DNA from: Patescibacteria group bacterium
GTDB taxonomy: Bacteria; Patescibacteriota; WWE3; JAUXAW01; JAYEID01
Direction: 5' to 3'
NCBI GenBank assembly: GCA_034659915.1
Contig: JAYEID010000013.1
Coordinates: 74,917-138,916 of the forward strand
Length of the DNA: 64,000 nt
Position numbers and translations under genes: made by a program. The notes under the pieces were generated by a model that ran no database searches, was not told the origin of the DNA, and saw only the letters and a program-made list of their open reading frames with translations. This document shows, in pieces, positions 53,664-63,099 of the stretch (the stretch's first letter is position 1; every line of letters begins with the position of its first letter).

Positions 53664-54477
53664 TTTTCAAGCTTTTGTACTAGGTATTGTCCAGGGCATA
53701 ACTGAGTTTTTTCCGGTATCCTCTTCGGGGCATCTTATTCTTTTACCCAAGGTCTTTGGTTGGAAGGAGCAGTCTTTGGCTTTGGACGCTTTCTTGCATC
53801 TAGGAACTGGCATTGCTGTTCTCTTTTATTTTCGTAAAGAATGGTGGGGGATGTTTACGTCGTTGTTTACGGATTTAAAACAAGGTGTTTTTACGGATGC
53901 TGTAGTTCAGATTCCATTCTCTGAGTTTTCGGCTGATTCTCGCCAACTTGTTTTTCTTGTTCTGGCTTCTATTCCGGCGGGTATGGTTGGGATTCTTTTA
54001 AACGATTGGGTGGGAGCAAATTTGCGTTCCCCAAAAATAATTGCTGGTGCGCTTTTAATTGTAGCTTTAATAATGATTATTGCTGATACAGTTGGACTAC
54101 GTGTTTTGGAGGAGTTACGACTTATACCATCTCTGGAGATTGGCTTTTCGCAGATTTTGGCACTGATTCCGGGTGTATCCCGTTCGGGGATTACGATTTC
54201 CGCGGGACTTTTTTCGGGGTTGACTGTCCAATCTGCAACGCGTTTTTCATTTCTTTTGGCAACGCCGGTAGTTTTGGGAGCGGGACTCTGGGGTCTTTTT
54301 ACTTTGACGTCGCTTGATACCTCTTTTTCGGTTCTGGTTACGGGTTTTGTGTCTTCTTTTCTTTTTGGTTTTATAGCTATTGAATTTTTTCTGGGTTTGG
54401 TGGATAATATAGGTCTAGTACCCTTTGCTGTTTATAGAATAGTTTTGGCTTTGGTTGTGTTTCTTCTATTCATTTAA
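53656..54477 (+). CDS. uppP: undecaprenyl-diphosphatase (BacA/UppP)
   Basis: [45 protein letters not shown]; ATG 53656 overlaps PAP2 gene end by 8 nt (ORF track opens at 53605). Confidence 0.85.
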   Translation: [273 protein letters not shown]

Positions 54478-54505
54478 TGGTCTCTTTGAGGGGTGGTGAG
54501 GGTAT

Positions 54506-54757
54506 GTGATACTAAAAGAGTTGTTGCAATGGTACCGCTGTAATTGTCGTGATAATGAGCTTTACTTTGGGCATTGTAATTGTTGCGGGAACTTTATTGT
54601 TAATCGCAAGCCCTTTTTAGTACCTGATTTGGACGGAAATAGTAATAGTTCATATTACTATTGTTGTTCCCTTAAGTGCGCTCTTCGCAAGGCAAATCAA
54701 GTTGACCCGGATTGGGTTTGTGACGTATTAATGCGTTTCCGCGAAAATGATAACTAG
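54506..54757 (+). CDS. hypothetical small Cys-rich protein
   Basis: 83 aa with 10 Cys (CNCRD...HCNCCGN...YYCCSLKC...WVC); GTG start. Confidence 0.35.
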   Translation: MILKELLQWYRCNCRDNELYFGHCNCCGNFIVNRKPFLVPDLDGNSNSSYYYCCSLKCALRKANQVDPDWVCDVLMRFRENDN

Positions 54758-54896
54758 GTAGCATTTGAGCCTGAGGGTGTTCGAAAAAAGCCTTCAGGCT
54801 CTTTTATTTTGTAATATCTACAGATATAGGATATAATTAAGCTACTGGAATAAGATTTCGTTCGAGGTTGGCAGGTTTACAAGAAAGGAGCTGAGA

Positions 54897-55139
54897 GTGG
54901 CTATGCGTACTAAAGCAGCACTTCGTCAGATGAGCATTTCCGAGCTCCGAGGATACCGCCGGGAGGTGGAAGGTCGCTTGGAGCGGGCGCAAGAGGGTCT
55001 GTCCCCTTACAGTATGGAGGACATAGACCGAGAGCTGGATCGGATTGATGCTGTTATCGCGGAGAAAGAAGCAGAATCCCGTGATCAGAAGAAATCCGAA
55101 CCAAGCTCGGGGGCCAGCCAGCTAAAGTTGGACCTCTAG
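54897..55139 (+). CDS. hypothetical small charged protein (GC-rich islet)
   Basis: AAAGGAG SD; 80 aa, Arg/Glu-rich helical. Confidence 0.4.
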   Translation: MAMRTKAALRQMSISELRGYRREVEGRLERAQEGLSPYSMEDIDRELDRIDAVIAEKEAESRDQKKSEPSSGASQLKLDL

Positions 55140-55148
55140 GAGGCCCTA

Positions 55149-55340
55149 ATGAATATGAGTAGATTTGAATTGGGAGATCGAATCTGCGGGGTACACGAGA
55201 TTCTGAGTGTGTTGCGCAGCCTTCCAGGAGGAGCGGACGCGGAGGTTCAGAAGCACTGGGAGAAGCGATTGAAAATGCTGGAGGAGGCGGGGGATGAAAA
55301 AAGTGCCTTACAGGATTGTTCGAAAAGTGCGCGTAGGTGA
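55149..55340 (+). CDS. hypothetical small protein (GC-rich islet)
   Basis: GGAGG SD 8 nt upstream; 63 aa; overlaps next ORF in another frame. Confidence 0.3.
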   Translation: MNMSRFELGDRICGVHEILSVLRSLPGGADAEVQKHWEKRLKMLEEAGDEKSALQDCSKSARR

Positions 55341-55698
55341 ATCTCGGTCCCCCAAGAATAAGAAAGAGGTGGATCTTCCGCGGGATTTGGAAGAAGAGCT
55401 TCTTTCTTCTCTGGAGGCTTACTTGCCGGAGGAAGGCGTTGCGATTACGGAGGGGGTTTTTCCTCCCGGAGCATCGGAGCCCTACATTGCGGAAGCAGGG
55501 GCTTATCAACATGCCTGGCGCGCTTACAGCGCTGCTTGGCAGATGTTTGGTTTGGGAGCAACTAAGGAGCAGGTGGGGAGAATTGCTTGGCGGAAGCTGG
55601 GGATTTTTTCTCCCTTTGCACAAAAAGCTCTTAACCTACCCAAGCGCCCAGAGGACGTAGCTTCTTGGCTTTGGCACTTAGTCAAAAACGACAACTGA
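55294..55698 (+). CDS. hypothetical protein (GC-rich islet)
   Basis: GGAGGCGGGGG then ATG; 134 aa; stop codon sits in the loop of hairpin 55686-55708. Confidence 0.4.
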   Translation: MKKVPYRIVRKVRVGESRSPKNKKEVDLPRDLEEELLSSLEAYLPEEGVAITEGVFPPGASEPYIAEAGAYQHAWRAYSAAWQMFGLGATKEQVGRIAWRKLGIFSPFAQKALNLPKRPEDVASWLWHLVKNDN

Positions 55699-55766
55699 GT
55701 TGTCGTTTGCAAAGAAATAGCCCGAGGGCTGAGGTGCGGTACAGACCGCGACCCAGAACTCGGGCT
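55686..55766. terminator. bidirectional terminator hairpins between convergent genes
   Basis: AAACGACAAC-TGAG-TTGTCGTTT (T-run on minus side) and AGCCCGAG...CTCGGGCT followed by TTTGATTTTGTT on plus. Confidence 0.5.
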
Positions 55767-55784
55767 TTTGATTTTGTTCGGAAT

Positions 55785-56834
55785 CTATTTAGGAGGCTTG
55801 TCACCGCGTACTTTCCAGCCCCGGAACCAACCTCCGTCTTCTCTATTGTGGGGGAGCTTGAGTTGTTCGGGTGATTTAGGTTCTTCTTTTCCTTCTGTTG
55901 GTTTTACAGTTGGCGGACTATTTCCTCCTTTATCTCCAACATTTGTTTCCAAAGATTCAAAAGGTTCTTTCCGACAAACAGAGTTGAACCGACAGTATTT
56001 ACAGGTGTGGTCGTTGTCTATAGGTGTCCATTTTTGCTCTAGCAGTACGGATTGAGCAGTTGCGAACTGTCCCTCTAACCTTTGGCGGTTATAGCTTTCG
56101 AGTTTTCGCAATTCACCGCTTCTTAGTGACCAAACTATACCCATGATTGGTAGGTTGCCAAAGTGCGCAGCCACTTCCGGCTTTTTAGAAAGGACTGCTT
56201 TTAGGCCCTCAATGTAGGCGGAAATCTGCAGTAGTTTGATGTTTTCGAGCCGGCTTGTGGTTATGTCAACAATTGCTAGCATATCTCTTTGGGGTAGGTG
56301 CCAAAGCTGATCGATACGCCCGGTAAAGGGGTACCTTTCAAACAGCTCAACCGTAGGGAGTGTGTACTCTACTTCTAAGATTTCAACAGGCCCCAAACCA
56401 AGGCTTTGGGGTAAGCTTAGAAAGCGGTCCCAGTAACCAATGTTGTCCGGGGAACCAGTAAGCAATTCTTCTCCCGTTCTCATAAGTTTCCAGTACTGTC
56501 CTTCGTATTGCCAGGTTACATCCCCGTACCGCTTCCGGTATTCTTCAATGCTTCTTTTCCAGCGCCATTTCCAAAATCCGCCAAATGACTCTTTGGATTT
56601 GAAAAAGAACGGCCTTTCTGGGGTGGGTTCAAACTTACCCCTGTTGGCGCCGGAACCAATGTGGAGGGCTTCAGTTGCTTTGTGGCAAGCATCCCCAAAA
56701 GGTAGGTACCAAGGTGCTGGGGTAACCACCCTCATTATCCGATCTAGGAAAAACTTACGGGCGCAACCCAGTATCTGGAGAATACTACTTGGGCTCCAGA
56801 CCATCTGCGCAATAAACTTGCTAATATCTCGCAT
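55785..56834 (-). CDS. PD-(D/E)xK nuclease, Cas4/RecB-like with Fe-S cysteine cluster
   Basis: N-terminal Cys (LGCARKF), GRIDQLW and IVDITTS acidic motifs, QISAYIEG (QxxxY), C-terminal CKYCRFNSVC; 349 aa; GC-rich. Confidence 0.55.
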   Translation of the reverse strand: MRDISKFIAQMVWSPSSILQILGCARKFFLDRIMRVVTPAPWYLPFGDACHKATEALHIGSGANRGKFEPTPERPFFFKSKESFGGFWKWRWKRSIEEYRKRYGDVTWQYEGQYWKLMRTGEELLTGSPDNIGYWDRFLSLPQSLGLGPVEILEVEYTLPTVELFERYPFTGRIDQLWHLPQRDMLAIVDITTSRLENIKLLQISAYIEGLKAVLSKKPEVAAHFGNLPIMGIVWSLRSGELRKLESYNRQRLEGQFATAQSVLLEQKWTPIDNDHTCKYCRFNSVCRKEPFESLETNVGDKGGNSPPTVKPTEGKEEPKSPEQLKLPHNREDGGWFRGWKVRGDKPPK

Positions 56835-57134
56835 GACCTCCCCCTTTGGAATGAATTCATTTGTTTATGTGCTTTTGAGTTTCTAAGAGAAATATTACCA
56901 CAAATTAATATTGTAGACTATAGCTTTATCTTGTAGTTATTTAATATATGGTGGTTCTTTTGTCTGTATTATAAGTGTGGTTCTAGGACCACTCCCTTTT
57001 AATAAAAAATGCCAAATTCAGTCTTCAAGGTAAAAAAAATTAGAAAAAGCCCGGGTGCAGGGTGGCACGCGCGGCGGCTTTTATCCTCGGCCGGTTTAAA
57101 GGTAAGTGGGTTCGTGATAGAATTGAGGCTGATT

Positions 57135-59717
57135 GTGTTTGGATTTTTGGGGAATCTTTTTGATTCTAACGAGAAACAATTAAACAAGCTTACACCTGTA
57201 GTAGAGGAGATAAACCAACTCGAGAGCGAGATTAAGCCTCTTTCTGACGAGAAACTGCAGGCAAAGACACCTGAGTTTAAGAAGCGTTTAGAAAAAGGAG
57301 AAACTTTAGATGATTTACTACCGGAAGTCTTTGCGGTTGTCCGAGAAGCAATTCGAAGGAAACAAGGCGAGCGTGCTTATGATGTTCAGCTTATGGCTGC
57401 TATTTCGCTCCACCAAGGAAAAGCAGCAGAGCAGAAGACTGGTGAGGGTAAAACTTTAACCTCAGCTCTTACACTTTACCTTAATGCTTTGGAAGGTAAG
57501 GGGTGTCATATGATTACAGTTAACGATTATCTAGCTAGGCGTGATGCTGGCTGGTATGGTCAAACTTTGCACTTTTTAGGTTTGGAAATTGGTTGTATTG
57601 TACATGACAACGCTTTTATTTTAGATCCTTCTTACGTAGATGATTCGGAACACGATCCCCGACTTCAGCATCTTCGTCCTGTTGAGAGAAGAGAAGCCTA
57701 CCAAGCAGATATAACTTATGGTACGAACAATGAATTTGGTTTTGATTATTTAAGAGATAATATGGCGCACAGTTTTTCCGGAATGGTGCAAACTAATTCT
57801 AACGATGATGTGGGAGCTCACAATTTTGCTATTGTGGACGAAGTAGACTTTATCTTAATTGATGAGGCAAGAACACCTCTTATTATTTCTGCTCCAAGAG
57901 AGGAAGCAACTGAAAAATATTATGAATTTGCAAAATTAACTGAGGGCTTGGTTTCGGGGACCGATTTTGAGGTGGATGAAAAGGAAAAGACAGCTAACCT
58001 TACAGAGCTTGGGTTACGCAAGGTAGAACGCAAGCTAGGGGTTGATAATCTTTACGAGCAGGATTTTGAAACTGTGCGCCACGTAGAGCAAGCGCTACGA
58101 GCCCGCACTTTGTTTGAAAGGGATGTGGATTATATTGTGAAAGAGGGGCAAGTAATAATTGTGGATGAATTTACTGGTAGGTTAATGCTGGGGCGCCGTT
58201 ATAGTGAGGGTTTGCATCAGGCAATTGAAGCTAAGGAGGGTGTTCCTATTAGGAAAGAATCCCAAACTTTAGCAACTATCTCAATTCAGAATTATTTTCG
58301 GATGTACGACAAACTTGCGGGCATGAGCGGAACCATAATGACGGAGGCAGAAGAGTTTAAGAAAATTTATGGATTAGATTCAATTGCTATTCCTACTCAC
58401 AAACCAGTTATTAGAGACGACCGATCAGACTTAGTTTATAAAACTAAGTCAGCAAAATGGCGAGCAGTAGTAGGGGAAATAGAAGAGTGCTATGAGCGCG
58501 GTCAACCTGTGTTGGTGGGAACTACATCGGTAGAAAAGAACGAGCTAGTGCATAGCTTATTAGAAAGAAAACATGTTCCCCACGAAATTTTGAATGCAAA
58601 AAATCACCAGCGCGAGGCTGAGATTATTGCCCAGGCTGGTCGTCCTAAATCCGTTACTGTAGCTACTAACATGGCTGGTCGGGGTGTGGATATTAAATTA
58701 GGTGGAGATCCAGTTGATAGAGAAGAGCAAGAACAGGTCTTGGATTTGGGTGGGCTACATGTTGTTGGTACGGAGCGGCACGAGGCAAGAAGGATTGATA
58801 ACCAGTTGCGTGGGCGTGCAGGTAGGCAAGGGGATCCAGGCTCAAGCCAATTTTTTGTTTCTCTGGAAGATGACTTAATGCGTATTTTTGGTGGAGATAG
58901 GGTAAAAGCATTAATGGATAGATTTGGGATGGAGGAGGATGTTCCCTTGGAGCATCCTATGGTGTCTGGTTCTATTGAAAGAGCTCAAAAGAAGGTGGAG
59001 GGTTACAATTTTGATATTCGAAAGCATCTTGTAGAGTATGATGATGTTGCTAATGTCCAGCGGGAGATTGTTTACAAGTTGAGAAGGAGAATATTATCAG
59101 CGGTTGAAAATTCTGGGGGTGCGGAGGGGGAAAAGCGGTTGGATTGGCTTCTCGAAAAGCTTGAAAGTTATAGTGATGATTTACCTGAAGTTTGGGAAAC
59201 ACGCCGAGAAGAATTGGGCGAGACATGGTTTGAAATTGTGAAGGAAATTTCTTTGGGAGTTGTTGATACTTTTTGGATGGAGCATATTGATACTCTTACT
59301 GATTTGCGGGAGGGAATTGGCTTGCGGGGACACGCCCGCCGTGATCCGTTGGTGGAATATAAAAGAGAAGCGCGAGAACTTTTTGAAAAACTAATGAGGG
59401 ATATTTATTCTAACACTGCCGAACGGCTAGTACGTGTGAGAATTTCTTCGCCTGATGAGATTTCTGCTCCCAAAATGCCGCGCCGAATTCAGCTTCAGCA
59501 CGAGAAACCGGAGCTAGGGGTTAGGGATGAGAAAGCTGCTTTGTCAGGGCAGCCGCATTCCTCAGCCCCCGGGGCTTCTCCTGCGGCTGGTGGGCAAAGA
59601 AAGAAGCTTAAGCCGATTGAGAAAGAGGAAGAGCCGGGGAGGAATGACCCCTGTCCTTGTGGTGCAACATATCCAGACGGTACTCCCAAGAAATATAAGC
59701 ATTGTTGTGGTCGTTAA
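57135..59717 (+). CDS. secA: preprotein translocase ATPase SecA
   Basis: Full-length SecA with DEAD motor and C-terminal zinc finger [20 protein letters not shown]; start placed at in-frame GTG 57135 (GAGG 7 nt upstream) since the ORF-track ATG 57009 adds 42 non-conserved residues. Confidence 0.85.
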   Translation: MFGFLGNLFDSNEKQLNKLTPVVEEINQLESEIKPLSDEKLQAKTPEFKKRLEKGETLDDLLPEVFAVVREAIRRKQGERAYDVQLMAAISLHQGKAAEQKTGEGKTLTSALTLYLNALEGKGCHMITVNDYLARRDAGWYGQTLHFLGLEIGCIVHDNAFILDPSYVDDSEHDPRLQHLRPVERREAYQADITYGTNNEFGFDYLRDNMAHSFSGMVQTNSNDDVGAHNFAIVDEVDFILIDEARTPLIISAPREEATEKYYEFAKLTEGLVSGTDFEVDEKEKTANLTELGLRKVERKLGVDNLYEQDFETVRHVEQALRARTLFERDVDYIVKEGQVIIVDEFTGRLMLGRRYSEGLHQAIEAKEGVPIRKESQTLATISIQNYFRMYDKLAGMSGTIMTEAEEFKKIYGLDSIAIPTHKPVIRDDRSDLVYKTKSAKWRAVVGEIEECYERGQPVLVGTTSVEKNELVHSLLERKHVPHEILNAKNHQREAEIIAQAGRPKSVTVATNMAGRGVDIKLGGDPVDREEQEQVLDLGGLHVVGTERHEARRIDNQLRGRAGRQGDPGSSQFFVSLEDDLMRIFGGDRVKALMDRFGMEEDVPLEHPMVSGSIERAQKKVEGYNFDIRKHLVEYDDVANVQREIVYKLRRRILSAVENSGGAEGEKRLDWLLEKLESYSDDLPEVWETRREELGETWFEIVKEISLGVVDTFWMEHIDTLTDLREGIGLRGHARRDPLVEYKREARELFEKLMRDIYSNTAERLVRVRISSPDEISAPKMPRRIQLQHEKPELGVRDEKAALSGQPHSSAPGASPAAGGQRKKLKPIEKEEEPGRNDPCPCGATYPDGTPKKYKHCCGR

Positions 59718-59838
59718 TCTTAATTAAACATTGTACAAAAGGAAAGACTGCGCTTACCATTTAGGGTGCTAATTTCCTTGCGCCGATTTCCATAATATGC
59801 TAGCTTGAACCTAGTTTATATTAGGATAGGCCCTGTCC

Positions 59839-61389
59839 ATGGAAAATATATCTTTTTCTGATCCGGAAACTGAATCCAAATCTTCTGGTTCCTTTTTTGG
59901 GAACATTTTTTCCTTATTGCGAAGTAAAAAAGTACTAGTAGGTGTTACTGTAGCTTTTACTCTTCTTTTGGGTGGAACTGCTGGTTTTCTTGCGTGGAGA
60001 TTGCAAAAAACTGAAGAGCCAGTAAGCGAAACTCCCGCTTCGGCAGCTGGCTGCACAGGAACAAAGCTCTCTGACTATTGTGGGGGGGATAAGCCTGACT
60101 TGTGTGATGTTTCGAATTATGAATGCCACGGCGACTGTTTGAAAGCTTGGGGTAGGTGTTGTGATTTTTGTGGGGCTGGTAATACTTGTGATGACGGGCA
60201 TTTTGGTTGGGTTGAGGATTGTACAGCTCAAGGCGAAGAGTGTATTGATGGTGCCTGTCGGTCTAGCGAACCTGCGCCAGAAGAATGTAAGGTTTCTTGG
60301 GCTGATGGATCAGAAACATTTACTTATAATGGTCAAGAAATAACTATTGAACAAGCATGTTTGACAGTGCACGCCGAAAATTGCCATGGGCAACCAGTAG
60401 GGTTTACTCGCTATCATTGTTATGACGGCTTTGATCCAGAAATTGGTTGCAGTGACAACCCCGTCAAAAAAGAGTTCACTATTGACTCCGATGATTATTG
60501 GAAAACAATGTGTTTACATGCGGATTTTGGGGGAGCTCCCCCCGATTGTCCTGTAGGGCAAACTGATGGGGCGGTGGGAAATCCCAATGTTTCTAATGAT
60601 GCAGTGCTTTGGGAAATTGGTGACCAGTACTGTGAGGAGGAAGAGCTTACTGGGCCACGATGCAATAACATTACCGCGGAGCCTACCGGACTTCCCTATT
60701 TTGGGGGGACAGTTACCTTGACTGTTCAGGCTACTCAAGGAGATGGTGGGGCTCTTTCTTATACTTGGGGTTCTGATGCGGGTTCAATTGATCCTAATGC
60801 AGCGTCCGGTGATAATAAAGCTGTTTGGGATCTTACTAGTCTTACTAATGATACATATCAGCCAAGTACACACTACGCATGGGTAAAGGTGAGTAACGAT
60901 GTTGGTTCTTCCGGTTGCGATGACCAGGATACTTGCACTGCGGATGGTGGGGGTTGTGTACTAGCTTTGGATCTCGCCCCCTTCCCAGAAGAAGATATTA
61001 CTTGTGATGATTTAACTATTTCTCCCTCGCCTTCTGAAATTGAGCTTGGTGATTCTGTTAGCATTACTTGCCAAGGAAGCAGCCGTTGGTCTTACCAGGA
61101 TCAGCGAGATAACCCTTATCCTATTGTCCGTATTGATTTTAAAGTTTATCTTGATCCTAAGGTTGGCTCAGCTTTTGATGGTTTTCAAGAGAACGAGCAA
61201 ATTGCGGGGAGCCCATTCTCTGTTGATGTAGCGGGACAAGGTCCTACCTGGAGTGCTACTTATCCTGCTAGTTCTAGCGATGCTCCTATTGTGATTGACA
61301 AAACAGGTACATGGGGAGTAGCAAGTAGAGTTTGCGCTAATGTTCAAGGTACTGTGCAGTGTACTAATTACGCAACACCGTCGCCTTAG
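59839..61389 (+). CDS. membrane-anchored Cys-rich extracellular protein
   Basis: N-terminal TM (VLVGVTVAFTLLLGGTAGFLAW), then a roughly 450-aa region with more than 30 Cys in CxxC/CC patterns; coordinates from ORF track (my base count places the ATG at 59838). Confidence 0.55.
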   Translation: MENISFSDPETESKSSGSFFGNIFSLLRSKKVLVGVTVAFTLLLGGTAGFLAWRLQKTEEPVSETPASAAGCTGTKLSDYCGGDKPDLCDVSNYECHGDCLKAWGRCCDFCGAGNTCDDGHFGWVEDCTAQGEECIDGACRSSEPAPEECKVSWADGSETFTYNGQEITIEQACLTVHAENCHGQPVGFTRYHCYDGFDPEIGCSDNPVKKEFTIDSDDYWKTMCLHADFGGAPPDCPVGQTDGAVGNPNVSNDAVLWEIGDQYCEEEELTGPRCNNITAEPTGLPYFGGTVTLTVQATQGDGGALSYTWGSDAGSIDPNAASGDNKAVWDLTSLTNDTYQPSTHYAWVKVSNDVGSSGCDDQDTCTADGGGCVLALDLAPFPEEDITCDDLTISPSPSEIELGDSVSITCQGSSRWSYQDQRDNPYPIVRIDFKVYLDPKVGSAFDGFQENEQIAGSPFSVDVAGQGPTWSATYPASSSDAPIVIDKTGTWGVASRVCANVQGTVQCTNYATPSP

Positions 61390-61404
61390 TAAGTAATTGT
61401 TCTT

Positions 61405-63045
61405 ATGAATAGAAAAACTTTAACTACAATTTTGGTTGTGTTGGGAACTGTTTTTTTGGCGGTAGGAGCTGTGTTTTTAGCCTGGAAAATTTCCCGACCA
61501 GATACTACTACTGAGCCCGAACCAACCGAAGCTTCTTTTGGTGGTGGCGAGAATTGCACCCTTACTTTTACAGTTACAGAACCAGACCTTAAGATAAAGA
61601 AGTATGTAAAGGTTAAAGGTACAGATGCTTGGTACACTGATACAGAAACAACTCTTTCTAATGTAACTGTGGGTACCCTTCCCGTGGATCCAGGTACTAC
61701 TGTAGTTTGGAAGATAGTACTGTGGAATTCTGGTGGTGAGGATATATCTGTTTCTGAGACTACAGATGATTATACAGCTAGTGAGATTTACAGCTCTTTT
61801 GCTGGAGCAGAACCTACTGGAACTGGACCTACTTATCAAGATTGGCCCTCTGTTATTCCTGCTGGCGGTTCAGAGGAGGAAGCTTTTGAATCTACCGATT
61901 TGTCACGGGAGTTTGAAGCTGTTGTTTTAGCGGAGGATCCATTGCTAGAAAGCGCTGGTGCTGGTTCACATTTATCTCAAAACACAGCTTATGTGACTGA
62001 TTACGACCTTTCTGATTCAGCTAGTATTCGTGTTGGAGTTGAGGGTGAGTCTGATCTTCAAATTAAAAAATATGTTTGTGAAATAGATACTAGTGGGGAG
62101 TGCACAACTGCCTGGTATTCCGATACAACAAGCTCTTTATCTGAAGTTGAAGTAGGAACCTTAGCAGTTGATCCCCAATCTACGGTTAAGTGGAAGCTTG
62201 TGGTTTGGAATAGTAGGACGGCAGACGTTGAAGCCAGTTCTACAGATTCTTATGATCAGCAAGATATTTATGAAACTTTTGATGGTAGTAGCCCTGATGG
62301 TGCTGGACCATCTTTCAATTGGGGAACTATTCCTGCTAATGGAACAGAGGAAGAGTCTTTTGCTGATTCAAATCTTTACCAAACATTTACTGCAGTAGTT
62401 AAGGATAACGATTCTTTGATTCAAGATTTAGGAACCAATACTTATCTTTCTACAAATACAGGAATGTTAGATCAAGGCGGTTCAGACAGTGCTAGTATTG
62501 AAGTTACTCCTTCGGGGGAGTATGCGCTGCACATTAAGAAATATGTTCGCCAAGAGGGCGGCGAACGATGGTATGATGATCGGACAACAGTTGATATAGG
62601 GTCTGTAGTTGAGTGGCGAGTTGTGGTTTGGAATACGGGAAATGTGGATGCAGAGGATGTAAGAGTTTCGGATGTTTACACCAGTTCTAATATTTATCAA
62701 ATGTTTGAAGGTGATTCTGGTTTGGATGGTACTGTTGACGAGGATTTGCGGTTTGGCACTGTTCCTGCCAATTCTACTGAAGATGACGGTGTAATAGTTG
62801 AGTTTAGTTCAACGCTATCGTCTGATCTTGCTGAGGGTAGTTACAGTTCTGTAAATACTGCCACTCTTAGGGAAAATGATCAAAGTGACGATGCTGCTAT
62901 TGATGTAACTATCGAAGGTGAGCAGCCAGTTGAAGAGGAAGAGGAGGAAATAGAGGTACCGCCTACTGGGGGTAAAGAGACTTGGATAACAGTGCTGGCT
63001 TCCGTGTTGCTTTTGGTCTTGGGTGTTACTCTTATTGGCTTTTGA
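61405..63045 (+). CDS. surface protein with three tandem roughly 150-aa DUF11-like repeats and C-terminal VPPTGG + TM
   Basis: Repeats begin L(K/Q/H)IKKYV... and contain WYxDT, VGTLxVDP, VxWK(I/L)VxWN, and IY(S/E/Q)xF...G(P/T)...(I/V)PA(G/N); C-terminus EEEEEIEVPPTGGKETWITVLASVLLLVLGVTLIGF. Confidence 0.6.
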   Translation: MNRKTLTTILVVLGTVFLAVGAVFLAWKISRPDTTTEPEPTEASFGGGENCTLTFTVTEPDLKIKKYVKVKGTDAWYTDTETTLSNVTVGTLPVDPGTTVVWKIVLWNSGGEDISVSETTDDYTASEIYSSFAGAEPTGTGPTYQDWPSVIPAGGSEEEAFESTDLSREFEAVVLAEDPLLESAGAGSHLSQNTAYVTDYDLSDSASIRVGVEGESDLQIKKYVCEIDTSGECTTAWYSDTTSSLSEVEVGTLAVDPQSTVKWKLVVWNSRTADVEASSTDSYDQQDIYETFDGSSPDGAGPSFNWGTIPANGTEEESFADSNLYQTFTAVVKDNDSLIQDLGTNTYLSTNTGMLDQGGSDSASIEVTPSGEYALHIKKYVRQEGGERWYDDRTTVDIGSVVEWRVVVWNTGNVDAEDVRVSDVYTSSNIYQMFEGDSGLDGTVDEDLRFGTVPANSTEDDGVIVEFSSTLSSDLAEGSYSSVNTATLRENDQSDDAAIDVTIEGEQPVEEEEEEIEVPPTGGKETWITVLASVLLLVLGVTLIGF

Positions 63046-63099
63046 GCTGAGTAATTTAGTCCTCTTAAATTCTCCTAGTGTTTATTAATTTGTTAAATT

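Noticed and set aside
55054-55623. 189-aa minus-strand ORF across the small-ORF islet
   Set aside because: Antisense to three SD-led plus-strand ORFs in a GC-rich segment; low-complexity Pro/Arg/Ser composition typical of shadow ORFs.
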